A stretch of 64,000 nucleotides of DNA from Candidatus Coprovivens sp. (lineage in GTDB: Bacteria; Bacillota_I; Bacilli_A; RF39; UBA660). The notes below the pieces were generated by a model. The model made no database searches and was not told the DNA's origin. It was given only the letters and a program-made list of their open reading frames with translations. The stretch lies in assembly GCA_051892935.1 (NCBI GenBank), contig JBJFGS010000010.1, positions 1 to 64,000 of the forward strand, read 5' to 3'. Made by a program: the position numbers and the translations under genes. This document shows positions 30,971-41,194 of the stretch, piece after piece (position 1 is the first letter of the stretch; each line of letters opens with the position of its first letter).

Positions 30971-31825
30971 TTAATTTATAAACATTTTAAACGGTTTGGC
31001 TTTATTGGTATCACTATGATATGTTTGATATATAGCAACTATTTTGTTTTTATATACTAAGCATGCTATATTATTTTTAAAGTTTTTATCAATAACCGAA
31101 CCATTTTTTACTTTATTATAAGTTTCTTCATTTATATTTATTGATTCTAGATTAGATAGTGTTTCCTCTATTGTTAGTAATTTATATTTATTGTTTTCTA
31201 TATCTTCTATTGTATAAGAGTCTTCTATTTTAAAATTACCTTGTTTTGTTCTTATTAAGTCGGACATTGTTCCTACTGTATTTAATTTTTTACATATATC
31301 ATCTACTAAGGCACGAATATAAGTGCCTTTGGATACTGTTGTTTTAAATACTATTTCATCACTATTATAAGATATTAATTCTATATCTTTTATATGTATT
31401 TTTCTAGTTGGCAGTTCTATTTTCTTTCCAGCTCTAGCATATTCATATAGTTTTTTACCATTAACTTTAACAGCTGAGTATATTGGTGTTTCTTGAATGG
31501 ATTCTCCTAGGAAACTTGATAGTACTTCCTTAATTTGAGCTTCTGTAATATCAAATGGTTTTGTTTCTATTATATTACCAGTTATATCTAAGGTATCTGT
31601 TTTTATTCCTAATTTTATTGTAGCAATATATTCTTTGTATTCGCTGGTTAGTATTTCACATAATTTTGTAGTATTTCCGATACATATTACAAGTACTCCT
31701 GTTGCTATAGGATCTAAAGTACCTGTATGTCCTATTTTTTTAATTTTAAATATGTGGCTTATTTTATTAACTACATCACGTGAAGTAAAGTCCTTTGGTT
31801 TGTTTACAATGAGAATTCCGTTCAT
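30971..31825 (-). CDS. truB: tRNA pseudouridine(55) synthase TruB
   Basis: GHTGTLDPIATGVL, PIYSAVKVNGKKLYEYAR, SKGTYIR. Confidence 0.98.
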   Translation of the reverse strand: MNGILIVNKPKDFTSRDVVNKISHIFKIKKIGHTGTLDPIATGVLVICIGNTTKLCEILTSEYKEYIATIKLGIKTDTLDITGNIIETKPFDITEAQIKEVLSSFLGESIQETPIYSAVKVNGKKLYEYARAGKKIELPTRKIHIKDIELISYNSDEIVFKTTVSKGTYIRALVDDICKKLNTVGTMSDLIRTKQGNFKIEDSYTIEDIENNKYKLLTIEETLSNLESININEETYNKVKNGSVIDKNFKNNIACLVYKNKIVAIYQTYHSDTNKAKPFKMFIN

Positions 31826-31829
31826 ATAA

Positions 31830-32543
31830 TCATTTCTTTCTAGTATAAAGGATTGGATAATCTAGTTCTTGTTCTCCTTCTAGTCTTTCTACTACTAGTG
31901 TACCATTATTATAATCTTCTAGTAAACGTTTTGTTTTGTTAATTACATAGTCTTGATACATTTCTGGAGTAACGTACATTCCCCAAGGTATATAATCAAA
32001 ATGTGTACAGCCACACATTGCAATATAAAAGTCTTTTTGATTACGACATGCACTTTCGATGATTGTTTCAGTTGCACTACATGGTAAAATTGCTGTTACT
32101 AAATCAAATTCTTTGATATGAGTTTTTGATGTAAAATCATCTTTATGAAGAGTCATGTTTTTATATTTTGGTTTAGTAATTCCTAGTAAAGGTTCATAAA
32201 TTGTTACTGTTCCTTTTCCTATTTTTAATTGTTCATGAGCTAATAGATTAGCAAAAGATGGGATTATTCCTGATGCAACATCTAGGATGTTACATCTAAT
32301 ATCAAATTTTGTTTTTAAATTATTAAGGTGTCTTTGATAAAAGTTTCCATTGATGCTTTCAATTCCTAGCTCAGTATATATTTGCATAAGTAAATCTGGA
32401 GCTCCTGGTGAGAAAATATAAGTCCAAAAGTTTTCTTCGATATAATCCCATTCATCTTTTGTATATATTTTTTTGTATTTTTTACAAAATGATTCGTATA
32501 GTTTGGCAATTTGTTGTTCGTTTAAACCTTTTTTAGCTATCAT
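31830..32543 (-). CDS. Putative class I SAM-dependent methyltransferase-like protein
   Basis: NILDVASG motif I-like; DLVTAILPCSATETII..FYIAMCGC; start placed at MIAKK after an AGGGGG RBS. Confidence 0.55.
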   Translation of the reverse strand: MIAKKGLNEQQIAKLYESFCKKYKKIYTKDEWDYIEENFWTYIFSPGAPDLLMQIYTELGIESINGNFYQRHLNNLKTKFDIRCNILDVASGIIPSFANLLAHEQLKIGKGTVTIYEPLLGITKPKYKNMTLHKDDFTSKTHIKEFDLVTAILPCSATETIIESACRNQKDFYIAMCGCTHFDYIPWGMYVTPEMYQDYVINKTKRLLEDYNNGTLVVERLEGEQELDYPILYTRKK

Positions 32544-32666
32544 AATAATCCCCCTTTTATAATGGGGTATTTTATCATTATATTTGTTTTTTGGCAAATT
32601 AAAAGAAGGTTTACACCTTCTAATTAATACATTGAACATTAATAAACTTGTATAAAAATGTTTTTT

Positions 32667-33089
32667 TCATTTTTTTATAAATATCTTTGCGTAAAGGTCA
32701 CAATGTAGTTCTTCTTTTTCTAATTCACATGTTAATCCTAAGTTATCATCGGCTATAAAACGAACTCTATTCTTTTCTTCATTGTACTCAACTGTTCCAT
32801 ATACTGAATAGTCTGTTAAAGTCAAGGTAAAAGTTGAATCTGATTTTATATTTATGATATATGGTGATGGATTTGAATCCTGACAAATATGATTACCATT
32901 TTCATCAATCCCAATAGGTAAACAATATTGTGTTCCATCTGCAACATATATACCAATTATTTTTGATATATCGTTTTTCTTTTCAACTTCTTTTTTTGAT
33001 TCAGAATTAGAACAAGCAGTTATAATTGTTAAAAATATAAAACAAAATATTATATATTTTTTTTTTTTTTTAACATGACCATAATACAT
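32667..33089 (-). CDS. Putative lipoprotein (start ambiguous because of a poly-A tract)
   Basis: KKKKKYIIFCFIFLTIITAC lipobox-like signal; A15 run at 33057-33071. Confidence 0.65.
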   Translation of the reverse strand: MYYGHVKKKKKYIIFCFIFLTIITACSNSESKKEVEKKNDISKIIGIYVADGTQYCLPIGIDENGNHICQDSNPSPYIINIKSDSTFTLTLTDYSVYGTVEYNEEKNRVRFIADDNLGLTCELEKEELHCDLYAKIFIKK

Positions 33090-33990
33090 TATCATCTGAG
33101 TTAACATTATAGCATAGTCCTTTCATATTATCCCAATTGCTGTATGAAGTATTCCAGTCAAATACACCACCTATACCACTAGGAGAAAATGTAAAATTAT
33201 GTGAAGTATTAAGGGAGATATCGGTTACAGCATGTTGATATGATACAAATACTTTTGGAGAATATTCACTTCCTTCAGTTCCATATACCCATAATTCATT
33301 TTTTAATCCACTACTTACATCATTAATAATATTTTGAGAAATACTCACTCCTCTTCCGGATTTATCTATTTTCATATTAGTTCCTTTATATCCATAATTA
33401 ATTACCTGTTCAGTGGTAGAGGTATTAGTTTTATAATACTGATATCCATTAGCGCTAGTTAAATTAAACCCAATATAATATACACCAATCGAATCAAATG
33501 ATTTAATTGAAGGTATATTTTTCCAAGTATTTTGAACATATATCGTATATTTATTCGAACCTATTTCATCAGAATACACTAGCAGAAGTAATCTTTTATA
33601 ATTAGTCTCCCAACAGTCTTGAGCCCATACGCTTATTGTACAATTTCCAACAATTGCTTTAGAATTAAGAGTTGAATTATATATTTTTTTAGAAACTTCT
33701 TTTGAAGTGATTTTAGAAACTTTGCCGAGTTCATCATATGCTGTCGTGGTTTCTATATATATCGATTGTACATAGATTTTAGTTTTTACTTTTCCCATTT
33801 CGTCAAACCAATTAGGATTTATTCTAAACGTTTCTTCTTCATATAATTCTTGTATATTATTTGGTAATTGTTTTAACAATTCTTCTATTTGTGTTTTTTC
33901 TATATTTTCTAGTTCAGTATTAGTTTCTGCATATACGGATTGAAATAGCAAAGAATATAGAATAATAATTAAATATATATTTTTTTTCAT
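33070..33990 (-). CDS. Secreted hypothetical protein
   Basis: Signal peptide MKKNIYLIIILYSLLFQSVYA; 306-aa ORF. Confidence 0.75.
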   Translation of the reverse strand: MKKNIYLIIILYSLLFQSVYAETNTELENIEKTQIEELLKQLPNNIQELYEEETFRINPNWFDEMGKVKTKIYVQSIYIETTTAYDELGKVSKITSKEVSKKIYNSTLNSKAIVGNCTISVWAQDCWETNYKRLLLLVYSDEIGSNKYTIYVQNTWKNIPSIKSFDSIGVYYIGFNLTSANGYQYYKTNTSTTEQVINYGYKGTNMKIDKSGRGVSISQNIINDVSSGLKNELWVYGTEGSEYSPKVFVSYQHAVTDISLNTSHNFTFSPSGIGGVFDWNTSYSNWDNMKGLCYNVNSDDNVLWSC

Positions 33991-34091
33991 AATAACTTTC
34001 CTTTTCTTTTATTTTTATTTATATTTTTTTAATTTTATTTATCATAACTCCTTTGTAAATGTGTACTTTTCTATTTATTTAATGTAATAAT

Positions 34092-34934
34092 TTACTGTAA
34101 TGATTCTTCTATTTTTTCTTTTAAGAATTCGCTTGTTTCTGTACCAGAAATAGTTTTGGTGTTTATATCATAAATTAAATAATTCCAGTTATTATTCTTT
34201 TTAGTATGAAAAATAATTTCATTTTGCTTTTTATCAATATCGTAAAGCGCTCTTATTTCATATATATCATTTTTGTAATTATAGTATAAATAGTTTGTAA
34301 AAGAATTAACAGAGATATATTCATTATCTGATACTTTTTTTGTTAAACATTTTTGACATTCGTGTAATGGATTATCTATATTTTTAAATCCTTCTTCTAA
34401 TAACTTTTGTTGATATGTTATTTTTTCTTGATAGTTATCATAGTATGAAATTGATAATTCTTTTTCTGAAGATATGGAGTTATTTTTAGGGTTAATTAAT
34501 TTATCATTAGTTAAGATTTTTTTACAATTGATTTTTATTTCTTCGATTTGTAATATACCATTGTTTTGATAATAAATTAGTAAATATAAGTTTTTTGTAA
34601 TGTCATTTGTTAAACTTTCATTTATAACTTCTTCATAGCCATATGATTCAATATAATTTTCATTAATTGTATTACTTCTTAGTAGTAAATAATGCTCATT
34701 ATTTTTTAAAATTGTTAATTCGTAAAATAATATTTCTTCTTTTGATATTATATTGCTCTTGATATTCCCTAATTTTATAATGTTGTTTATATTTGATAAA
34801 ACTAGCAAACCGTCTTCATAAATAAAACTTTCACTTTGACCATTTAGCTCATAAATTTTAATATTTTTATAATTATTTATAAAATATGTAAATAGAATAC
34901 AAATTAACAGACTTAGGAAAAGTATTATTGTCAC
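34092..34934 (-). CDS. TM plus extracellular half of a split XRE membrane regulator
   Basis: Begins with a TM segment; its frame stays open upstream as the -1 frame of the HTH ORF. Confidence 0.6.
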   Translation of the reverse strand: MTIILFLSLLICILFTYFINNYKNIKIYELNGQSESFIYEDGLLVLSNINNIIKLGNIKSNIISKEEILFYELTILKNNEHYLLLRSNTINENYIESYGYEEVINESLTNDITKNLYLLIYYQNNGILQIEEIKINCKKILTNDKLINPKNNSISSEKELSISYYDNYQEKITYQQKLLEEGFKNIDNPLHECQKCLTKKVSDNEYISVNSFTNYLYYNYKNDIYEIRALYDIDKKQNEIIFHTKKNNNWNYLIYDINTKTISGTETSEFLKEKIEESLQ

Positions 34935-35215
34935 AATAAAATAATTTTTTTTAGCTTTTTTTCCTTGAAATCTATATATTCGGTTATTATTTTCTCTTCA
35001 TTTTTATTTTTTTCTCCGTTTAATAATTCTATAACAGAAATATCTAATTCTTTACATAAGTTATGAAAAATCGAATAGTCAGGCATTCCACGACCATTTT
35101 CCCATTTTGAAATAGCTTTGTTTGTTACTCCTAATTTGTCCGCCAATTCTTGCTGAGTTAATTTTTTTTCATTTCGACATTTTAATATGAATTTACCTAT
35201 TTTTTCTTGATTCAT
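34931..35215 (-). CDS. XRE-family HTH regulator (N-terminal half; paralog of 4273..5430)
   Basis: MNQEKIGKFI..LTQQELADKLGVTNKAISKWENGRGMPD. Confidence 0.85.
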   Translation of the reverse strand: MNQEKIGKFILKCRNEKKLTQQELADKLGVTNKAISKWENGRGMPDYSIFHNLCKELDISVIELLNGEKNKNEEKIITEYIDFKEKKLKKIILL

Positions 35216-35264
35216 AACTTATCTCCTTACATACTTATTATATAATGGAATATATTTTATTGGT

Positions 35265-35279
35265 TCTACTAAACGTAGA
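35265..35279. promoter_or_regulatory. Candidate XRE operator palindrome
   Basis: TCTAC-N5-GTAGA about 50 bp upstream of the HTH gene. Confidence 0.4.
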
Positions 35280-35710
35280 CATTATTGTTTTGAGTTTATA
35301 TATTTCTACAAAAGCTCAAATTAAAAGAAGGATTTCACCTTCTAGTTTGTTATATCTTTGATATTTTTTTCTTTTATTTTAATTTTATCCCCATTTTTTT
35401 AGTAAATCTTTAAGCTTGAATTTAAATAAATATTCTTCATTATTTATTACATCATCTATTAGTTTTCTGTATTTTTCGCTAGTAGAGAGATAAAATATTT
35501 TCATTTTGACTTATTTGTTTTAACATCTATTAAATAATCAAGAGATTTTTTTGTGCTATATGTCCATTTTCCAATTAATTAATGAAGATATAGTAAGCGT
35601 CAGCTATATTTCTTGAAAGTATTCTAATATTTTATCTATTCTTATCATTCTATAACTCCTTAGGAATTAGAATATCATTTTAAATAAAAAGGAACATTTA
35701 GTTCCTTTTC

Positions 35711-36793
35711 TTACCATGTTCCGCAAACAAATCCATACTGCGTACATACTTCTTTAGTAAGAGGTGCGCTTCCTCCACTAGATCCAGCTCTTGAATCAAA
35801 AAGATATTTTTTTCCATTGATTGTTCCTGTGAAGCTATATCCGTATTCTGTTAATTTAATTCTTGTCATTCCTAAATTTTTACAAGCTGAATTATTGTTC
35901 TTACATATTGCATAGTATGTTCCACTTATTTCAAGTGCACTAAATTCTGCTGTGTTTTCTGAAATATCACAAGATTTTCCATCTATTGCTTCGTCGAATA
36001 AACAAATAAATCCCATAGCGCTACCACCTGTTTTATCAGTATTTAGATTATAGTCTGCTCCACCTTTTTCAACTATTTTATTAACTGCTTCTTTGGTAGT
36101 TTTTTCACTTATTTTTTTGCGTGATATTTCTTCATTTGTTGTTCCATCATAAGTTACTTCATAAGTAATTTCTTTTTCACCATTTACTCCATCTTGAACA
36201 GTTTTGGTTGTTCCTTTACCAAGGTTATTATTTACTTTAGTTGTTGTTTCAAATTTAATTGTTTTTGTTTCTGTTACTTCTTTAGTATATGGTAAAACTT
36301 CTTCTTTTAATTCTCCTTTTTCTTCAATAGTTACACCAACGTAACCAATTGGTGTCCCTTCATCTGTTGTAATTGCAATATTATGGTCACCAATTTCTAA
36401 ATCTAGTTCAGCTATTTTTTCTTCTAGTCCTACTATAACTGTTTCACCATCTACTTCTTCAACTTTGAAATATCCTAAGAATATAGGCTCTGAATAAATC
36501 CATACAGCTACTATATCTCCTTTTTTCAACTTTTCTTGTTCTTTAAATACTATTTTGTCTTTTGTTACTTCCTTTACTTCAGCTTCTTCTAGTTTGCTTT
36601 TTAATTCTTTTGTATTCTCGGCTGGTGAAGATTTTGGTGGTTCTTTCTCCTCTAGAATTTGTTTTTCAGTTTTTTGTTCTTCTTTTGGTGATAAATCTTT
36701 TTTGTCATTTGTTCCCAAGATTAAAAATGCTGCTACTATTCCTATAGCAATTAGTAATACTAATGATATTACCAAAATTTTTTTGTTTTTCAT
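35711..36793 (-). CDS. Membrane-anchored G5-domain protein with Cys-containing C-terminal domain
   Basis: N-terminal TM; TIKFETT..LGKGTTKTVQDGVNGEKEITYEVTY..AVNKIVEKG G5 signature. Confidence 0.85.
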   Translation of the reverse strand: MKNKKILVISLVLLIAIGIVAAFLILGTNDKKDLSPKEEQKTEKQILEEKEPPKSSPAENTKELKSKLEEAEVKEVTKDKIVFKEQEKLKKGDIVAVWIYSEPIFLGYFKVEEVDGETVIVGLEEKIAELDLEIGDHNIAITTDEGTPIGYVGVTIEEKGELKEEVLPYTKEVTETKTIKFETTTKVNNNLGKGTTKTVQDGVNGEKEITYEVTYDGTTNEEISRKKISEKTTKEAVNKIVEKGGADYNLNTDKTGGSAMGFICLFDEAIDGKSCDISENTAEFSALEISGTYYAICKNNNSACKNLGMTRIKLTEYGYSFTGTINGKKYLFDSRAGSSGGSAPLTKEVCTQYGFVCGTW

Positions 36794-36899
36794 ATTATAC
36801 TCCTTTTCTATATTTTATATTATACTATATAATTTTTTTTATTACATATTTTTATTCTATTTTTTTAAAAATTTTATTGCATAATAAAAAGATACCGAA

Positions 36900-37253
36900 T
36901 TATTCAGTATCTTTATCATTTATTTTGTTTAATATTCTTTCTATGTTGTCACCATAAGCAATTGATTTATCGTATTGAAATCTTATTTTAGGAGTATGTC
37001 TTATTTCGATACGATCAGCTATTTTTGTTCTTAAGTATCCAGCTGTATCATCATTAAGTTGTTTTTCCAATTCTTTTGTATCTTCATCTTTTAAGGTAGT
37101 AAAGTATACTTTAGCTAGTCCTAAATCGTTTGTTACTTCAACACCAGTTATAGTGATTGCTTTTAGTAGTGAATCATGAGCTTCTTGAGCACATATGGTA
37201 CTTAGTTCTTGAGCTATTTGAGAACCAATTCTTTTTAATTTTATTTGATTCAT
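36900..37253 (-). CDS. rbfA: Ribosome-binding factor A
   Basis: ITITGVEVTNDLGLAKVY, IRHTPKIRFQYDKSIAYG. Confidence 0.97.
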   Translation of the reverse strand: MNQIKLKRIGSQIAQELSTICAQEAHDSLLKAITITGVEVTNDLGLAKVYFTTLKDEDTKELEKQLNDDTAGYLRTKIADRIEIRHTPKIRFQYDKSIAYGDNIERILNKINDKDTE

Positions 37254-39364
37254 CTTTTTACCTCAACGCTTTCGTATACTTCGATTGTATCTCCAACTCT
37301 AATATCAGTATAGTTTTCTAAAGTTAGACCACATTCATAGCCTTTTTTGACTTCTCTAACTTGATCTTTTTCTCTTTGTAAAGTAGATATTTTAGTATCT
37401 GTGATTACAATTCCATCACGAATTAATCTTGCTTTAGCATCTTTTTTACAGATACCATCTGTTACATAGGAACCAGCTATGTTTCCTACTTTAGAGAATT
37501 TGAATATTTTCCTTATTTCAACTTGACCTATTGTTTTTTCTTCAAATTCAGGATCAAGCATTCCTTTCATAGCTGCTTCCATGTCTTCAACTAGTTTGTA
37601 GATTATAGTATAAAGTCTAATATCTACGCCGTATTCTTTAGCTATTTCTTTTGTACTATTTGAAGGTGATACACAGAATCCTAAGATTAAGGCATTAGAG
37701 GCTTGAGCTAGAACAACATCACTTTCTGTAATTGTACCAATACCGCTTCTAATAACTTTAACTTTAACTCCATCTACATCTATTTTTTCTAAAGCATTTT
37801 TAACTGCTTCTTCTGATCCTTTAACATCTGCTTTTAGAACAACGTTAATTTCTTTTGTTTCTGAGTCTATTGAAGCAAATAAATTATCTAAAGTTAATGT
37901 AGTTTTTTGGAATTTTTGTTCACGAGCTTGGATAGAACGTTTATCAGCAATGTCTTTTGCTTGGCTTTCTGTTTCAAATGCCATGAATTTGTCTCCAGCT
38001 GAAGGTGTTTGTGATAAACCTGTTATTTCAACTGGTGTAGAAGGACCTGCTTCGACAATTGAATTGCCCAAGTCATCTTTCATAGTTCTTACTTTTCCAT
38101 AAGATGTTCCAACAACAATAGGATCTCCAATACGTAGTGTACCATTTTGAATAAGTAGTGAAGCTACGCCTCCAATATTTTTATCCATTTTTGATTCTAT
38201 TACAGTTCCTAAAGCATAACGAGATGGGTTAGCTTTTAAATCTTGCATTTCAGCAATTGCTAGAAGTGTTTCTAGTAGTAAGTCTATTCCTTGACCAGAT
38301 TTTGCTGAAATATCCACAAATGGAATATTTCCTCCCCATTCTTCTGGAGTGATGTTTCTTTCTGCCATTTCGGTTCTAATTTTATCTGGATGAGCGTCTG
38401 GTTTATCTATTTTATTTACCGCAACAACTATCGGAACATTAGCTGCTAAAGCATGATCTATTGCTTCTTCTGTTTGAGGCATTACGCCGTCGTCAGCTGC
38501 TACTATAATAATTACGATGTCTGTTATACTAGCTCCACGAGCACGCATTTCTGTAAAGGCAGCATGTCCTGGGGTATCAATAAAGGATAGTTTGTGTCCT
38601 TTATGTTCTACTTGGTATGCACCAATAGCTTGAGTGATTCCGCCATATTCAGAATCAACTATTTTACTTTTTCTAATTGTATCAAGAAGTGTTGTTTTAC
38701 CATGATCAACGTGTCCCATTATAGTAATTACTGGTGGACGTTGTACTAAGTCTTCTTCTCTATCGTTAGCAACGAATTCTTCAAAGTTTGAAACGTCTTG
38801 TGTTTCTTCTTTCTTAAGATTTTTATTGTAATCTAATACGATAACACTAGCTGTTTCATAATCAATAACGTTACTTAGGCTTAACATTAAACCTAGGCCC
38901 ATAACTTTTTTGATTATTTCAGTTCCGCTTACTCCTAGAGCATCGGCAAGTGCTTGAACAGACATTCCTTCTTTGTATAATATAACGTTATCTTCGGTTG
39001 CATTTGTCATTAGTTTTTCTTTATGTTTATACATGTCTTTTCTTTTTGACATATATTCATCTTTTGAACTTTGTAATTGACTTTTCTTTTTTAACTTTTG
39101 TTTTTTATTATCTGGAGTAAATGTCTTATCTAAGTTATTTGCTTCAACTAAGTCTTCAACAACTTCATCCATTGCATCTTCATCTTCATAATCAGTTTCT
39201 TCTGCTGTACTTATTAAATTAATTGTATTATCTAGAATAATGATATCATCTTCTGTTAAGTCATCATCACCACTTTGTACCTTTATTCCTAATTCATTAC
39301 ATTTTTTTAGAATTTCGGCAATGGAATGGTTTGTATCGTTTGCGTATTCTTTTACTGTCATCAT
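37250..39364 (-). CDS. infB: Translation initiation factor IF-2
   Basis: [32 protein letters not shown]. Confidence 0.99.
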   Translation of the reverse strand: MMTVKEYANDTNHSIAEILKKCNELGIKVQSGDDDLTEDDIIILDNTINLISTAEETDYEDEDAMDEVVEDLVEANNLDKTFTPDNKKQKLKKKSQLQSSKDEYMSKRKDMYKHKEKLMTNATEDNVILYKEGMSVQALADALGVSGTEIIKKVMGLGLMLSLSNVIDYETASVIVLDYNKNLKKEETQDVSNFEEFVANDREEDLVQRPPVITIMGHVDHGKTTLLDTIRKSKIVDSEYGGITQAIGAYQVEHKGHKLSFIDTPGHAAFTEMRARGASITDIVIIIVAADDGVMPQTEEAIDHALAANVPIVVAVNKIDKPDAHPDKIRTEMAERNITPEEWGGNIPFVDISAKSGQGIDLLLETLLAIAEMQDLKANPSRYALGTVIESKMDKNIGGVASLLIQNGTLRIGDPIVVGTSYGKVRTMKDDLGNSIVEAGPSTPVEITGLSQTPSAGDKFMAFETESQAKDIADKRSIQAREQKFQKTTLTLDNLFASIDSETKEINVVLKADVKGSEEAVKNALEKIDVDGVKVKVIRSGIGTITESDVVLAQASNALILGFCVSPSNSTKEIAKEYGVDIRLYTIIYKLVEDMEAAMKGMLDPEFEEKTIGQVEIRKIFKFSKVGNIAGSYVTDGICKKDAKARLIRDGIVITDTKISTLQREKDQVREVKKGYECGLTLENYTDIRVGDTIEVYESVEVKR

Positions 39365-39395
39365 ATTACCTCACCTCTCACTTTCTTTATTTTTA

Positions 39396-39650
39396 TTAAT
39401 CAACTAATTTTAACATTTCTTCGTATATTGTATCTGGTATTTCTACTTCTAGAACTCTTTCAAGAGTCTTTGTCTTTTGAGCTTTTTTTATTACTTCAGC
39501 ATTTTTTTTTAAATATGCACCTCGACCATTAGCTTTACCGGTTAAATCAACTGATACGTTACCTTCTTTATCGCGAACTACACGAAGTAAATCTTTTTTT
39601 AGTGTTTTTTCTTTTGTTATAACGCATGTTCTTTCAGGCATTTTTTTCAT
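39396..39650 (-). CDS. ylxR: YlxR/RnpM-family RNA-binding protein
   Basis: PERTCVIT..KKDLLRVV..GKANGRGAYL. Confidence 0.93.
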   Translation of the reverse strand: MKKMPERTCVITKEKTLKKDLLRVVRDKEGNVSVDLTGKANGRGAYLKKNAEVIKKAQKTKTLERVLEVEIPDTIYEEMLKLVD

Positions 39651-39665
39651 TTAAATACCTTCTTT

Positions 39666-40817
39666 CTAGTTATTTCCTTCGGCATTAACTTGGTCTAGAG
39701 TTTTAACTTCTATTTTATATTTTGTTAATTTAGATGCAAGTTTAATATTTGTACCTTTTTTACCAATTGCTAATGATAAGTTTTCATCATTAACTATAGC
39801 TAATGCTTCTTTCTTCATTGGATCTGTTATAGTTACAATTGCATCTTTAGCTGGACTAAGAGCATTTTTGATATATTCTTCAGGATTTGAACTATATAAG
39901 ACAATATCAACTTTTTCTCCATTTAATTCTTTCAATATAGATCCTATACGTGAACCTCTTTCACCAATACATGCTCCGATTGCATCGATTTTTTCTTCAG
40001 TTGATTCAACAGCAACTTTACTTCTAATTCCAGCTTCACGAGCAACAGCATGTAGAATTATAGTTCCATCTGCTAATTCTGGAATTTCTGATTCAAATAA
40101 TCTTTTTACAAAACCATAGTGTTTTCTTGAAAGAAGAATAAGAGGTCCTTTAGTATTAGCTTCAACTTTTGTAACGTATACTCTGATATTAGAACCCATT
40201 TTTACTTCTTCACCTGGAATCATTTCTGATTTAGGAAGAATACCTCTAGTACGACCTAGTTCTACATAGTAGTTTCTTGAGTCTTCCATTGCTAGTGTTC
40301 CAACTAGCATTTCATCTTGTTTATCAGAAAATTCATCTATAATAGAGTTTTTCTCAGCTTCTCTTATTTTTTGCATGATTACTTGTTTAGCAGTTCCTGC
40401 TGCTACACGACCAAAATCTTTTGGTGTAACTTCTTTTTCGATTCTTTCTCCTACTTCGATAGTTGGATCTAATTCGCGAGCTTCTTCTAATAGTATTTGA
40501 GCATCGATATTTATTTCTGGTGGTACATCTATTTCATTTCCTTCTTCATCAATAATAGTATCGCCTTCATCTATTTCATCAACTACGATATAATATGACA
40601 TTACTTTTATTTCACCAGTTGTTCTATTAATGTCTACTCTAACATTTGTTTTAGAACCAAAATTTTTCTTATATGCTGTTGCTAGAGCAAGTTCCATAGC
40701 TTCAAAAACTACATCTTCTGATATTTCTTTTTCAGCTACAATACTTTTAACAGCTTTGATGAATGCAACTGGATCCATTTGGCCAGTTTCTTCAACAGTA
40801 TTTTTCTTTCTTGCCAT
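39666..40817 (-). CDS. nusA: Transcription termination/antitermination factor NusA
   Basis: FGRVAAGTAKQVIMQKIREAE, AREAGIRSKVAV, LSLAIGKKG. Confidence 0.98.
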   Translation of the reverse strand: MARKKNTVEETGQMDPVAFIKAVKSIVAEKEISEDVVFEAMELALATAYKKNFGSKTNVRVDINRTTGEIKVMSYYIVVDEIDEGDTIIDEEGNEIDVPPEINIDAQILLEEARELDPTIEVGERIEKEVTPKDFGRVAAGTAKQVIMQKIREAEKNSIIDEFSDKQDEMLVGTLAMEDSRNYYVELGRTRGILPKSEMIPGEEVKMGSNIRVYVTKVEANTKGPLILLSRKHYGFVKRLFESEIPELADGTIILHAVAREAGIRSKVAVESTEEKIDAIGACIGERGSRIGSILKELNGEKVDIVLYSSNPEEYIKNALSPAKDAIVTITDPMKKEALAIVNDENLSLAIGKKGTNIKLASKLTKYKIEVKTLDQVNAEGNN

Positions 40818-40818
40818 T

Positions 40819-41076
40819 TTATTCCTCTCCTTTTTCCTTACTTACTATATCTAAGATGTATGAATCATCTATTAAATCTAATTCATCAATTATTGGGTTT
40901 ATTACTTCAGTTGCTGCTACGATAGTATCTAAATCAATACCATTAACTTTGTCTAACTCAATTCTCAAGAAATTATAATTACCTTCTGTTTCATATTTTA
41001 CTGAATCAACAATAATGTCCATTTTTTTCATTGGATCAGTAATTGCATCTCTTATAGCTTCTAATATTTTGTTCAT
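40819..41076 (-). CDS. rimP: Ribosome maturation factor RimP, N-terminal domain only
   Basis: First gene of the nusA operon; FLRIELDKVNGIDLD..YILDIVS; only 85 aa. Confidence 0.8.
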   Translation of the reverse strand: MNKILEAIRDAITDPMKKMDIIVDSVKYETEGNYNFLRIELDKVNGIDLDTIVAATEVINPIIDELDLIDDSYILDIVSKEKGEE

Positions 41077-41097
41077 GATTCACCTCTTTAAATAATA

Positions 41098-41123
41098 ATA
41101 AAAGTGGGATATTACGCCCACTT
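41098..41123 (-). promoter_or_regulatory. rimP-leader terminator-like hairpin
   Basis: AAGTGGG-CGTAATAT-CCCACTT plus U tract, between a TTGCAT/TGxTATAAT promoter (41139-41166) and rimP. Confidence 0.6.
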
Positions 41124-41194
41124 AAATCTGATACCTAGATTATATCATAAATTTTAAAATATGCAACTTATTACGCATAAATATGCTGTTTTTT

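Noticed and set aside
35300-35660. Possible gene starting MIRIDKILEYFQEI after an AGGAG RBS
   Set aside because: Multiple stops and frameshifts and no recognisable family; at most an unidentifiable remnant
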